Origin: Gemmatimonadota bacterium
GTDB taxonomy: Bacteria > Gemmatimonadota > Gemmatimonadetes > Gemmatimonadales > GWC2-71-9
Length of the DNA stretch: 64,000 bases
NCBI GenBank assembly: GCA_039591075.1
Contig: JBDHEI010000011.1
Location: 9,933-73,932, forward strand
Reading direction: 5' to 3'
The notes beneath the pieces are model-generated. The model was not told where the DNA came from. It made no database searches and saw only the letters and a list, made by a program, of their open reading frames with translations. Below are positions 36,857 through 46,376 of this stretch, piece by piece; position 1 is the stretch's first letter, and each line of letters begins with the position of its first letter. Position numbers and translations under genes: made by a program.

Positions 36857-39016
36857 ATGAAACGACCGTGGGTGGTGCTCTTCGCGTTGGCGGGGTCGAC
36901 ACTGGTGTACCCGAACGCCGGTCTGGCGCAGGCCGGTGGTGTCGATCTCGATACGATCCGCGCGGGTCGGTTCGACAATGGCAAGATGTGGACCTTCGAG
37001 TACGCACCCAAGGCGTACTTCTCGGAGACCTACGGATTTGTGGCCGACGATGCGTGGTTCGAGCGCGCACGGCTGTCGGCACTCCGCATCCCCGGATGCT
37101 CATCGTCATTCGTGTCGCCGTACGGATTGATGGTGACCAACCACCACTGTGTGCGTGGCGCTGTGAGCCGTGTGATGCGAGAGGGCGAGACGCTCCTCGA
37201 CAGCGGGTTCGTGGCCACGACGCTCGGGGAGGAGCGCCCGATCCCGGGGTACTACGCGGACCAGCTGATCGCGGTGGCGGACGTGAGTGACGAGGTCTTT
37301 GCGGCAGTCGATCGGGTGCCCGAGGCCGAGCGGGCCGAGGCGCGGGTCGATGCCCTGCGAACCATCGAGTCGCGGCTCCGCGCACAGCACTCGGCGCTCA
37401 GCGGTCAGATCCGGGTGCAGATCATCGGACTCTACAACGGCGGCCGGTATTCGGCATACGTGTTCCGCCGGTTCAGCGACATCCGGCTCGTCGCCGCGGC
37501 CGAGTTACAGATGGGGTTCTTCGGCGGCGACCCGGACAACTTCACCTATCCGCGGTACGCGCTCGACTTTGCCTTCCTGCGCGTGTACGAGGATGGCGAG
37601 CCGTACCGTACGAGTCACTACTTCGGGTGGGGCACCGACGGTGTCGAGGAAGGCGACGTCGTCTTTGTGATCGGCAATCCCGGCCCGACCAATCGGCTCG
37701 CCACCGTCGCGCAGCTCGAGTTCCAGCGCGACGTGCTCGTGCCCGCCGCGGTTGGGTTCCTTGGCAGCCGGCTCACCGCGTTACGCGACTTTGAGCGTGC
37801 CTTCCCTGCGGCGGCCGAGGCACTCGACCTGCGGAACCGCTCGTTCAGTCTGTCCAACTCGCTCAAGGCCAACACCGGTCGACTCGCGGCCCTGCGTGAT
37901 CCCACGATCATGGCCCGCCGCTTGGACGCCGAGCGCACATTGCGCGAGACGATTGCCGCGCGGCCCGATCTCCAGAGCCGGTTCGGAGCGGTGTTCAACC
38001 GGCTGGCCACGATCCAACAACAGAAGCGGGAGTTGGCGCGCGATCTGGGCGGGTTCTACGGCTACGGGAGCACGTCGGCTTCTGCCGCGCTCGAGCGGCG
38101 GGCCGCGGCGGCGTATGGGTATCTGGAGGCTCGGCGGGCAGGAGCGACCTTGGACACGCTGGTCGCGCTACGGGCTGAGCTGGAGCGAATCCCCGATTTC
38201 CCACGGGAACTGGAGCACGCGCTGCTCACTGCGCGGCTCGCCGACTACGGGCGTTACCTCGGTGCCGACGATCCGATCACGCGTACGGCGCTCGGGGGGC
38301 AGGCGCCATCGAACGCGGCTGCCGCGCTGCTCGAGCGCTCGGTGCTGGTGAGTCAGGCGGACGTCGCGAGCGCCATCGCAGAGGATCGGCTCACGATGCA
38401 GGACCCGGCGGTGCGGGTGGCAGCACAGGCGGTGCCCCGGTACGCGCGGTATCAGGAAGCGATCGGCGGGCTGCTCAGCGCTGAACGCGAGCTTGCCGAG
38501 GATCTGGGTCGTGCCCGGTTCGCGGTGTACGGCGGGACCGCGCCACCCGACGCGTCGTCGTCGCCGCGGATCACCGACGGAGTGGTGCTGCCGTACGAGT
38601 ACAACGGCACCCTCGCTCCGGTATACACTACGTTCTTCGGGGTGTACAATCTGTTCCACGCCTTCGGTCCGGGTACCGACTGGGACCTGCCATACCGCTG
38701 GCGCACGCCGCCCGCGGGGCTCGACCTGGGCACGCCGCTCAACTTCATCTCGACTGCCGACACCTACGGCGGCAACTCCGGCTCGCCGGCGGTGACCAAG
38801 GACCTCGCGATCGTCGGCCTCAACTTCGACCGTAACATCCAGGGACTCTCGCGCGATTTCATCTACCTGCCCGAGCGGGGTCGCAACATCATGGTGGACG
38901 TGCGCGCCATTCAGGCCGCGCTCGATCACGTCTATGATGCCGATCGGATCCTGATGGAGGCGACGACAGGCACCCTGTATCGTACGGAGGCGGAGGCGGA
39001 CGCGGCGCGACGGTAG
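36857..39016 (+). CDS. S46-family peptidase (DPP7/DPP11-like dipeptidyl peptidase)
   Basis: Signal peptide, GCSSSFVSPYGLMVTNHHC (catalytic His region), C-terminal TYGGNSGSP (catalytic Ser). 719 aa, the typical size for S46. Confidence 0.9.
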   Translation: MKRPWVVLFALAGSTLVYPNAGLAQAGGVDLDTIRAGRFDNGKMWTFEYAPKAYFSETYGFVADDAWFERARLSALRIPGCSSSFVSPYGLMVTNHHCVRGAVSRVMREGETLLDSGFVATTLGEERPIPGYYADQLIAVADVSDEVFAAVDRVPEAERAEARVDALRTIESRLRAQHSALSGQIRVQIIGLYNGGRYSAYVFRRFSDIRLVAAAELQMGFFGGDPDNFTYPRYALDFAFLRVYEDGEPYRTSHYFGWGTDGVEEGDVVFVIGNPGPTNRLATVAQLEFQRDVLVPAAVGFLGSRLTALRDFERAFPAAAEALDLRNRSFSLSNSLKANTGRLAALRDPTIMARRLDAERTLRETIAARPDLQSRFGAVFNRLATIQQQKRELARDLGGFYGYGSTSASAALERRAAAAYGYLEARRAGATLDTLVALRAELERIPDFPRELEHALLTARLADYGRYLGADDPITRTALGGQAPSNAAAALLERSVLVSQADVASAIAEDRLTMQDPAVRVAAQAVPRYARYQEAIGGLLSAERELAEDLGRARFAVYGGTAPPDASSSPRITDGVVLPYEYNGTLAPVYTTFFGVYNLFHAFGPGTDWDLPYRWRTPPAGLDLGTPLNFISTADTYGGNSGSPAVTKDLAIVGLNFDRNIQGLSRDFIYLPERGRNIMVDVRAIQAALDHVYDADRILMEATTGTLYRTEAEADAARR

Positions 39017-39041
39017 CGGGTAAGGCCATTGGAAACGTGAA

Positions 39042-39067
39042 GGGGGCGGCCTCGGAGGGCCGCCCCC
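39042..39067. terminator. bidirectional terminator-like hairpin between convergent genes
   Basis: GGGGGCGGCC-tcggag-GGCCGCCCCC, a perfect 10-bp GC stem. Lies between the stops at 39016 (+) and 39116 (-). Confidence 0.5.
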
Positions 39068-39115
39068 TCGATGACGCGGGGCGTCGCGATCGGGCGCGCG
39101 GCGGCGCCCCCCAGG

Positions 39116-39817
39116 TCACTTCTGGCCTCGCTGGGCCTCCAGCGTGTTGAACGCCATCAACTGGGCCGCGGCGTAGCGGTACGAGCGCTCCCGGAACGCC
39201 AGGTAGCAGACGGCGGCTGCCAGGACGCTCAACAGGAACAGCTGGGTGCGGATGATAGGAAACGGGCCGATCGTGCCGGCGGCGTCGAGGGCGACGGCCG
39301 GTCCCCAGAGCGGCAGCACGATGGCAAACGCGGCCGACGGCAGAATAAAGCCGCGTGCCAGCCGGTACTGGTCCTTGTAGACCTGGATGGCGCGGTAGAG
39401 GTCGTGCGACCGACTCAGGATGGAGAACTCGATCGCGTGCATGATCGCCGTGGCAGTGTAGATGCGGGGCGGGGGCTCTGCGGCGAAGACGTCGCCGTAC
39501 TTGGGGCCGCCGGGGTACAGCTCCTGGACCCCGGACGCTCCCATCCGACGCCGTACCGAATCACTCGAGAGGACTTCCAAGATCCAGTGGAGCTTGACCC
39601 GATGGAACACGGCCTTGGAGACCGTGTGCATCAGCACGCCGAGTGCGACCGAGGCCGTGAACAGCACCACGATCCCCACGGTGATCTGCATCCCGCTCCA
39701 GTCGGGGCGTCCTTCGATGTTGAAGGTCGGTGATGCCACGTCGAAGAGCACGATCACCCACAGCATCGTGTAGATGCCCTGGACGAGGGTGGTGACGCCG
39801 AGAGAGAATGGGCGCAT
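39116..39817 (-). CDS. hypothetical membrane protein
   Basis: 233 aa with 4-5 hydrophobic helices (IYTMLWVIVLFDV, ITVGIVVLFTASVALGVLM, FILPSAAFAIVLPLWG, LFLLSVLAAAVCYLAF). Confidence 0.5.
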   Translation of the reverse strand: MRPFSLGVTTLVQGIYTMLWVIVLFDVASPTFNIEGRPDWSGMQITVGIVVLFTASVALGVLMHTVSKAVFHRVKLHWILEVLSSDSVRRRMGASGVQELYPGGPKYGDVFAAEPPPRIYTATAIMHAIEFSILSRSHDLYRAIQVYKDQYRLARGFILPSAAFAIVLPLWGPAVALDAAGTIGPFPIIRTQLFLLSVLAAAVCYLAFRERSYRYAAAQLMAFNTLEAQRGQK

Positions 39818-39976
39818 CGATGAACCTCCGAACTCGAGTGGTGCCCGCGCCCGCGGGGCCGGCGGCAGCGCCCCGATCAGTCGGTCTGACCTGATCGCTG
39901 CCGCCCTAAGCTAGGCACGGACGGCAAATCGGGCCAGCCATGCGTCAAGCGCTCGGTGGCCCGACCCCACAGAACA

Positions 39977-39985
39977 TGCTAGAAT
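39977..39985 (+). promoter_or_regulatory. possible extended -10 promoter element
   Basis: TGcTAGAAT lies 72 nt upstream of ATG 40057. No good -35 element seen. Confidence 0.25.
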
Positions 39986-40056
39986 CCTGGGCCCGGCGGA
40001 CTCGAAACGCCGGTCGATCTCCAACGTGAACAGGAATCCAGACGACAGGTGCGGTG

Positions 40057-41637
40057 ATGGGTAAGAAAGCAGCGAACAAGCGTCCCGGCGTCCTCGCGAC
40101 GCTCGGCATCGAGGACGTGAACCCGGGCGGGTTCGGCGGGACGTGGATGGGGTCGGGCCCGGAGCAGAACGTCATTACGCCGATCGATGGCTCCACGATC
40201 GCGACGGTGAAACAGGTCACCGAGGCGGAATACGACACGATCATCGATGCGGCCCATCGGGCGTTCCTCGACTGGCGCAAGGTCCCCGCTCCCCGGCGCG
40301 GCGAGGTAGTGCGACAGCTCGGCAACCGGTTGCGGGAGGTGAAGCACGAGCTGGGCCAGCTGGTAACGCTGGAGATGGGTAAGATCCTGCCCGAGGGCGA
40401 GGGCGAGGTGCAGGAGATGATCGACATCTGCGACTTCGCCGTGGGTCTCTCGCGCCAGCTCTACGGTCTCGCGATGCATTCGGAGCGGCCCCACCACCGC
40501 ATGATGGAACAGTGGCACCCGCTTGGCGTGGTGGGCGTGATCAGCGCGTTCAACTTTCCGGTTGCCGTGTGGAGCTGGAACACGGCCATCGCGGCTGTGT
40601 GCGGTGACAGCGTGGTGTGGAAACCGTCCAGCCAGACGCCGCTCACAGCCGTCGCGTGCACCAAGATCGCGGAACAGGTTGCGCATGACAACCATGTCGA
40701 TCCGGCGATTTTCTCGCTGGTGATTGGCCGAGGATCTACCATCGGCGACCGGTTGCTCCAGGACACGCGCATCCCCCTCGTGTCAGCAACCGGGAGCTGC
40801 AGAGTGGGACGTCGGGTGGCCGAGGTGGTGGGCACGCGGTTCGGGCGAACCATCCTCGAGTTGGGCGGCAACAACGCCATCATCGTGACGCCGCACGCGA
40901 ACCTCGATCTGGCCGAACGCGCGATCCTGTTCGGCGCGGTCGGTACGGCCGGTCAACGGTGCACAAGCACGCGCCGCATCATCGTGCACGCGTCGCTCAA
41001 GGATCAGCTGGTGAAGCGGCTGGTGAAGGCGTATGAGGGCATCGCCATCGGCGATCCGCGCAAACCCGAGACGCTGATGGGACCCCTCGTGACCAAGGGC
41101 GCCGTACAGGACCTGCAGAACGCCATAGCGCAGGTGAAGAAGGAGGGTGGGAAGATCTCGTACGGCGGCGACCCGCTGGACGACCCGCAGTACCCGGGTG
41201 GACACTACGTGAAGCCGTGCATCGCCGAGGCGAAGAACGCATTCGCCATCGTGCAGGAAGAGACCTTTGCGCCGATCCTCTACATCATCTCCTACGGGAA
41301 GAAATCATCCACCCCACAGCAGGCCGTGGACGAGCTGGAGGAGGCGATCGCGTACCACAATGGCGTCCCGCAGGGACTGTCGTCGGCAATCTTCACCGAG
41401 CACGTGCGGGAGGCGGAACTATTCCTGTCCGCCCGCGGGTCCGACTGCGGGATTGCAAACGTGAACATCGGGACCAGCGGGGCGGAGATCGGTGGTGCGT
41501 TCGGCGGCGAAAAGGAGACGGGCGGCGGCCGCGAGTCCGGCTCGGACGCCTGGAAAGCCTACATGCGTCGCCAGACCAACACGATCAACTGGAGCACCGA
41601 GCTGCCCCTGGCGCAGGGGATCACGTTCGGCGACTGA
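40057..41637 (+). CDS. ALDH7-type aldehyde dehydrogenase (L-piperideine-6-carboxylate / alpha-aminoadipic semialdehyde dehydrogenase-like)
   Basis: ALDH motifs ELGGNNA and catalytic GQRCTSTRR. ALDH7-like C-terminus GGEKETGGGRESGSDAWKAYMRR. Confidence 0.85.
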   Translation: MGKKAANKRPGVLATLGIEDVNPGGFGGTWMGSGPEQNVITPIDGSTIATVKQVTEAEYDTIIDAAHRAFLDWRKVPAPRRGEVVRQLGNRLREVKHELGQLVTLEMGKILPEGEGEVQEMIDICDFAVGLSRQLYGLAMHSERPHHRMMEQWHPLGVVGVISAFNFPVAVWSWNTAIAAVCGDSVVWKPSSQTPLTAVACTKIAEQVAHDNHVDPAIFSLVIGRGSTIGDRLLQDTRIPLVSATGSCRVGRRVAEVVGTRFGRTILELGGNNAIIVTPHANLDLAERAILFGAVGTAGQRCTSTRRIIVHASLKDQLVKRLVKAYEGIAIGDPRKPETLMGPLVTKGAVQDLQNAIAQVKKEGGKISYGGDPLDDPQYPGGHYVKPCIAEAKNAFAIVQEETFAPILYIISYGKKSSTPQQAVDELEEAIAYHNGVPQGLSSAIFTEHVREAELFLSARGSDCGIANVNIGTSGAEIGGAFGGEKETGGGRESGSDAWKAYMRRQTNTINWSTELPLAQGITFGD

Positions 41638-41681
41638 CTGACTGATCGAGGGGTCGAGAGAGCAGCCGGGCCCGGCGCGCC

Positions 41682-42632
41682 TCAGGCTGTGTCGGGCCCG
41701 TCGGTTGTGTGGTGCGTCGTAGGTAGCGCACCGGCCGTCCCGGTGCGCGCCTCCCACTCGTCCAACGAGCGTGGCCAATCATCCTTGAGCAGGCGGGACA
41801 ACGCCCGGTCGGCAAAGACCTTCCCGCCCGTCTGGCACTCCGCGCAGTAGTTCACCTCGTTCTCCGCGTACCGGATCCGCTGCACCGGCGAACCGCACGT
41901 GGGGCACGGCTGCCGATAGCGGCCGTGGACGGCCATCCCTTCGCGAAAGGCCGTCACCTTGGTTGGGAACCCATCACGGGTCTGGCGGCGGAGGCGGTCG
42001 ATCCACTCTTGCAGCGTGGAGCGCACCGCGCGGTGGAGACGCTCCACCTCCTCGGGCGAGAGCCGCGAGGTGAGGGCCAAGGGTGAGAGACGTGCGGCGT
42101 GAAGGATCTCGTCTGAATACGCGTTGCCAATCCCGCTGAACAGGCGCGGATCGGTGAGGGCCCGCTTGAGTGTGTGGTTCTCGCTCGTGAGGCGCGCGCG
42201 GAAGGCGGCAAGATCCTCCTCGAGCACGTCGATCCCACCCGCATCGTGCGTCATCAGCTGCCCACGACCCTGGACCAGGTGAAGCGAAGCACGGCGCTTC
42301 TTGCCGGCTTCCGTCAGCACCAGCGATCCCGTGGGGAAGTCGAATGCCGCAAGTCCGTTTCCCTTGGGGATCGCGGCACCGGCCGGGCGCCACCGCAGCC
42401 TTCCCGCGATCATGAGGTGCAGGATCACGAACAGATCGCCTTCGAGCACCATGACGATGCGCTTGCCGAGCCGCTCCACTCCACGCACCAGGCGGCCTTC
42501 GGTCGCCGACACGGGCGGATCGACGGAGCGGAGCACGAAGGGCTTGGCGATCCGGATACCGTCCAGCCGCTGGTGCCCGACCCTCGATTCCAGGGCCTCG
42601 AGGTAGATGGTAATGTCGGGGAGCTCAGGCAC
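41682..42632 (-). CDS. Fpg/Nei-family DNA glycosylase
   Basis: N-terminal (M/V)PELPD. H2TH region (LTDPRLFSGIGNAYSDEILHAARLSP). Zinc finger CPTCGSPV...YCAECQ. About 45 extra C-terminal residues. Confidence 0.85.
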   Translation of the reverse strand: MPELPDITIYLEALESRVGHQRLDGIRIAKPFVLRSVDPPVSATEGRLVRGVERLGKRIVMVLEGDLFVILHLMIAGRLRWRPAGAAIPKGNGLAAFDFPTGSLVLTEAGKKRRASLHLVQGRGQLMTHDAGGIDVLEEDLAAFRARLTSENHTLKRALTDPRLFSGIGNAYSDEILHAARLSPLALTSRLSPEEVERLHRAVRSTLQEWIDRLRRQTRDGFPTKVTAFREGMAVHGRYRQPCPTCGSPVQRIRYAENEVNYCAECQTGGKVFADRALSRLLKDDWPRSLDEWEARTGTAGALPTTHHTTDGPDTA

Positions 42633-42664
42633 CGTCCACTGCTCGCGTCGTCAGCACCGCGCCG

Positions 42665-43882
42665 TCACCCGGGCGTCAGCACCTTTTCGCCCTCGAGCTT
42701 CGCCACGATCACCGCGCCACAGGAATCGCTCAACACGTTGACCGTGGTGCGGAACATGTCGAGCACCCGGTCGACGGCGAGGATGATCGCGACCCCCTCG
42801 AGCGGGAGCCCCACCGCGGCCAGGATGATGGACATCATCACCATTCCGGACATGGGCACCGATGCCGCGCCGATCGACGCGAGCAGCGCCGTCAGGACGA
42901 TGATGAGCTGCTGGTCGAACGAGAGGGCGAACCCGTACACCTGGGCAATGAAGATCACGGCCACGCACTCGTACAGGGCGGTGCCGTCCATGTTGACCGT
43001 TGCGCCGATTGGCAGCACGAAGGACGAAATCTTCTCCGAGACCTTGGAGTTTCTGGTCACGGCCTCCATGGTGAGCGGCAGGGTCACGATCGTCGAGCAT
43101 GTGGAGAACGCTGTCACCAGGGCGGGAGGCATGCCTCTGTAATGTCGGAACGGGTTCTTTCGGGTCACCAGGTACACCAGCGTCGGTAGCGTCACGGTCG
43201 CGTGGATGAAGAGACCGATCAGCACGATGACGAAGTAGAACCCCAGTGACCGGAACGCGTCGAAACCGATGGTCGCCACGATTCGCGCATTGATCCCGAA
43301 CACGCCGAGCGGCGCCGTCCAGATGACGAGGTGGGTCAGCTTCATCATGGCGTGGAAGGCGCCGTGGAAGAAATTGCCCAGTTGGCTCCGATGCGGTTCG
43401 TCGAGCCGAGTGACGAAGTACCCGAACAGGATACAGAAGAAGATTACCGGCATCACCTGTCCCTCGGCGATCGCCTGGAACGGGTTTTCCGGGATGATGT
43501 TCATGATGATGTCGCCCACGCTCTGCTGCGCGGCCGGGATGGTCTCGACGTCCTGCTGGAGTTGGATGGTCGATCCGACACCTGGCCGGAAGACGTTCAC
43601 CAGGATTTGCCCGGTCAGGATCGCCAGCAGGCTGCTGGTGATGTAGTAGGCGAAGGTCTTGGCACCCAGGACCTCGAGATTCTTCTTCTCCCCGACGCTG
43701 ATGACCGCCGACGTGAGCGAGGTGATGATGAGCGGCATGATGGCCATCCGCAGCAGCCGCAGGAACACCTCGGCGAGCGGGTCCGCGACGGCGACGATCG
43801 ACTCGCCGGCTGCCGCTCCAGCGATCATGCCGCCGAACAGGCCGACGAAGATCCAGAAGGTGAGGGATCGGAGGAGACGCAT
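42665..43882 (-). CDS. dicarboxylate/amino acid:cation symporter (DAACS, GltP/DctA family)
   Basis: MRLLRSLTFWIFVGLFGG..., SSFVLPIGATVNMDGTALYE, ASIGAASVPMSGMVMM: typical DAACS reentrant-loop motifs. The 18-codon upstream extension in the track is rejected. Confidence 0.9.
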   Translation of the reverse strand: MRLLRSLTFWIFVGLFGGMIAGAAAGESIVAVADPLAEVFLRLLRMAIMPLIITSLTSAVISVGEKKNLEVLGAKTFAYYITSSLLAILTGQILVNVFRPGVGSTIQLQQDVETIPAAQQSVGDIIMNIIPENPFQAIAEGQVMPVIFFCILFGYFVTRLDEPHRSQLGNFFHGAFHAMMKLTHLVIWTAPLGVFGINARIVATIGFDAFRSLGFYFVIVLIGLFIHATVTLPTLVYLVTRKNPFRHYRGMPPALVTAFSTCSTIVTLPLTMEAVTRNSKVSEKISSFVLPIGATVNMDGTALYECVAVIFIAQVYGFALSFDQQLIIVLTALLASIGAASVPMSGMVMMSIILAAVGLPLEGVAIILAVDRVLDMFRTTVNVLSDSCGAVIVAKLEGEKVLTPG

Positions 43883-44054
43883 TGCAGTGAATAGTGCACG
43901 CGGGAATCGGGGAGGGGAACCACGGGCCGATGGCATGCTGAGGTGGGCGGGAGGGCACCGTGTCGGCGGCCAAGGGTATCACGTTCCAGGCGCCACCGCT
44001 CCCCGGACCGAGACCGCGGGCCCGGCGCTCGACCTACGACAGGAGTGACGACGT

Positions 44055-44732
44055 ATGGACGGGATGGTACGGATGACCCTGGGCGTCGCGACGGCACTCG
44101 CCCTTACCGCGTCGACTGCCGGCGCGCAGCTCTCCAACATGCCGGTCTATGCCAACCCGGCCGTGTCGGCCGTGCGGATCCAAGGGGACTACGCTTTCGG
44201 GGTGAACCAGGGCTCCGGCGAGCACTCGGCGTTCGCGGCCCGCGGCAATCTGGTGGTGTCCAAGCTCATCCTCGGGGCCGGTGTCGGCGTGGTCAAGCTG
44301 ACCGACACCGAACCCATGTACATGGGGTCACTGGGGTATCGCCTTCTCGGCGGGGGCGCGATGCCGCTGGCTGTGGCGCTGCAGGCGGGCGTGGGTGTCG
44401 TGGAGACCGCCAACCTCCAGACGACCGTCGATGTGCCGGTGAGCCTCGGTGTGGCCCTCCACCTGCCGCTCGTGCTCGTCACAATCGACCCGTGGATCGC
44501 GCCCCGCTACACGCTGCAGTTCAACTCGATCGCCGGGACGACGGGGTCGCGCAACCATCTTGGGCTGTCGGCGGGGATCGACGCCCGTCTCGCCATGGGG
44601 TTGGGGTTCCAGCTGGGGCTCGACTGGCAGCGACTGCCCGACTTCAGCCTCGATGCCGGCATCGCGGGAATCGTGAGCGACGCGAAGCGGGAACCGTTCC
44701 TGATGAGCCTCGGCATCCACTTCGCGCTCTGA
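44055..44732 (+). CDS. small outer-membrane beta-barrel protein (hypothetical)
   Basis: Signal peptide ...ALTASTAGAQ. Alternating Gly/hydrophobic strands. C-terminal ...LGIHFAL. Confidence 0.55.
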   Translation: MDGMVRMTLGVATALALTASTAGAQLSNMPVYANPAVSAVRIQGDYAFGVNQGSGEHSAFAARGNLVVSKLILGAGVGVVKLTDTEPMYMGSLGYRLLGGGAMPLAVALQAGVGVVETANLQTTVDVPVSLGVALHLPLVLVTIDPWIAPRYTLQFNSIAGTTGSRNHLGLSAGIDARLAMGLGFQLGLDWQRLPDFSLDAGIAGIVSDAKREPFLMSLGIHFAL

Positions 44733-44762
44733 AGCGTCGGCGGACCGACGCCCGTCGAGGAG

Positions 44763-45719
44763 CTATCGGCGGGTGCCGGTCCGCTCTGGAAGCGCCGGGA
44801 CCGCCAACCGTTCAAAGAATACCCTGGTTGAAGCGAGGCGCTGGGGGCCGTTCACCTCGAAGTACCAGAACCGCTCCACCTCGCCCCGGTTCACCAGGAG
44901 CTGCATCGTCCCCTGGGACTTGTGCTCCGCGATGAGCCAGTTCACCACGATACGGTAGTCGAGGCGTCCCTGCGGATCGAGGGGCTCGGTCATGTCGAAC
45001 ACGAACGGTGCGAGGCCCGGCTGCACGCGGGTGATCGGGTAGCCCGGCAGCTCGTCGAAGGCCAGCATCGTGGTGTCGGCCTTCGTGCCAATGAAGCAGC
45101 CCATGACCGTGGGGCGATGCTCGGCCGCCACCGCCTGCGCCGCCCTGAGTGCCAAGATGCTCGCCGCCTTGTGATGGGCGTGGAAGTTGGGGATCGGCAG
45201 GTGCACGAAGACGTAGTCGTACCGACCCCGCTCCAGGATCTCCTGGAGCCTGGTCTGCACGCGATCGCTCCGCCATACGTGCGTCAGAACCGTGTCGACA
45301 TTCTCGGTATAGGCGGGATCAGCCTCTTCGAGAAAGAAATAATTCCGGATTCCCACGATCGCGCCGCCTGCCATCAGTTCGCGCTTCCTGATGGCAGGCA
45401 GGTGCTGCCGAGCCACACGTTCATCGGTGAGCTGCAAGCCGTAGATCGGCTCGGCGAGCTGGGAATAGCGGTACCCGCCGCTACCGTCGGTGACGAGTGC
45501 GACATCGACCTGGCCGCCGAGAAACCTGGTGATCTTGTAGACCGCTCCGGCGAACATTGCATCGTCGTCCGGATGGGCGACGACCAGGAGAACGTGCACG
45601 CCGGAATCGGCCTGCGCCCCCAGTGGTTGTGGCACGGCGGTTATGAGGAGAAGCGCAAGGGTCGCCGCTCCGAAGGCTCCACGGCGTGAAGCGCGAGATG
45701 TGCGATCCGTCATAGTCAC
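44763..45719 (-). CDS. PIG-L/LmbE-family deacetylase, secreted
   Basis: Signal peptide, then VLLVVAHPDDDAMFAG (the AHPDD motif) and HKAAS downstream. Confidence 0.8.
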   Translation of the reverse strand: MTMTDRTSRASRRGAFGAATLALLLITAVPQPLGAQADSGVHVLLVVAHPDDDAMFAGAVYKITRFLGGQVDVALVTDGSGGYRYSQLAEPIYGLQLTDERVARQHLPAIRKRELMAGGAIVGIRNYFFLEEADPAYTENVDTVLTHVWRSDRVQTRLQEILERGRYDYVFVHLPIPNFHAHHKAASILALRAAQAVAAEHRPTVMGCFIGTKADTTMLAFDELPGYPITRVQPGLAPFVFDMTEPLDPQGRLDYRIVVNWLIAEHKSQGTMQLLVNRGEVERFWYFEVNGPQRLASTRVFFERLAVPALPERTGTRR

Positions 45720-45758
45720 CTCATCTCGCTCCAGGTACCGTGGTGTGGCCGGCCAGGA

Positions 45759-46220
45759 TCAGGATCCTTCCGGTGGGCCGAGCAGGCGTGCGGTGGCGTA
45801 GATGAGCTTGGTGGCCCGCTCGGGGAACGCCATCCAGTCGAGCACGACGTACGTCCCGTCTTTCTTGCGGTACCGGTTCTTGAATGCGAGCGTGGGGGTG
45901 CCGTCGGCCAGTCGTTCGACCTCCGCGTGAGTGGCGTCCCGGTCGTCGGGGTGGATGAGCTCGACGAAGGGCCGTTTCAGCAGTTCACTCGCGGTGTAGC
46001 CGAGAGCCCGCTCGAACGCCGGGTTAACGACTTTGAAGTATCCGTCCGTTCCGGCGATGCACAGGAGATCGAGCGTGTAGGTGAACAGGCGCTCGTAATC
46101 GAACACCGGGTACTCGCCGGTCGCGGCGGCGCTGACACTGACGCCGCAGCTGTGGCAGTAGTTGGCCCCGTCGGCCAGTGGGGTCTTGCACCTGAGACAG
46201 ATCGAGCCGCTCGTGGTCAC
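45759..46220 (-). CDS. zinc-ribbon + PAS domain protein
   Basis: GTG 46220 follows AGGAGCAGGGGA. CLRCKTPLADGANYCHSC ribbon, then a PAS-like core (LLCIAGTDGYFKVVNPAFERALGYTASELLKRPFVELIHPDD...KDGTYVVLDW). The upstream 270 codons of the track ORF overlap the opposite-strand gene and are rejected. Confidence 0.65.
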   Translation of the reverse strand: MTTSGSICLRCKTPLADGANYCHSCGVSVSAAATGEYPVFDYERLFTYTLDLLCIAGTDGYFKVVNPAFERALGYTASELLKRPFVELIHPDDRDATHAEVERLADGTPTLAFKNRYRKKDGTYVVLDWMAFPERATKLIYATARLLGPPEGS

Positions 46221-46376
46221 TCCCCTGCTCCTGACAAACGTCCCAACAAGAATCCACGGAAACCGACCGTCCCGCAACCCACGTGGTCGGTCCGGCGTTG
46301 CCCGAGTGGCGACACGTGGGGGCACGGCGGATAGATTGATGGGATCCCGGACCGGGCACCCGAGTGGAGGGTAGTC

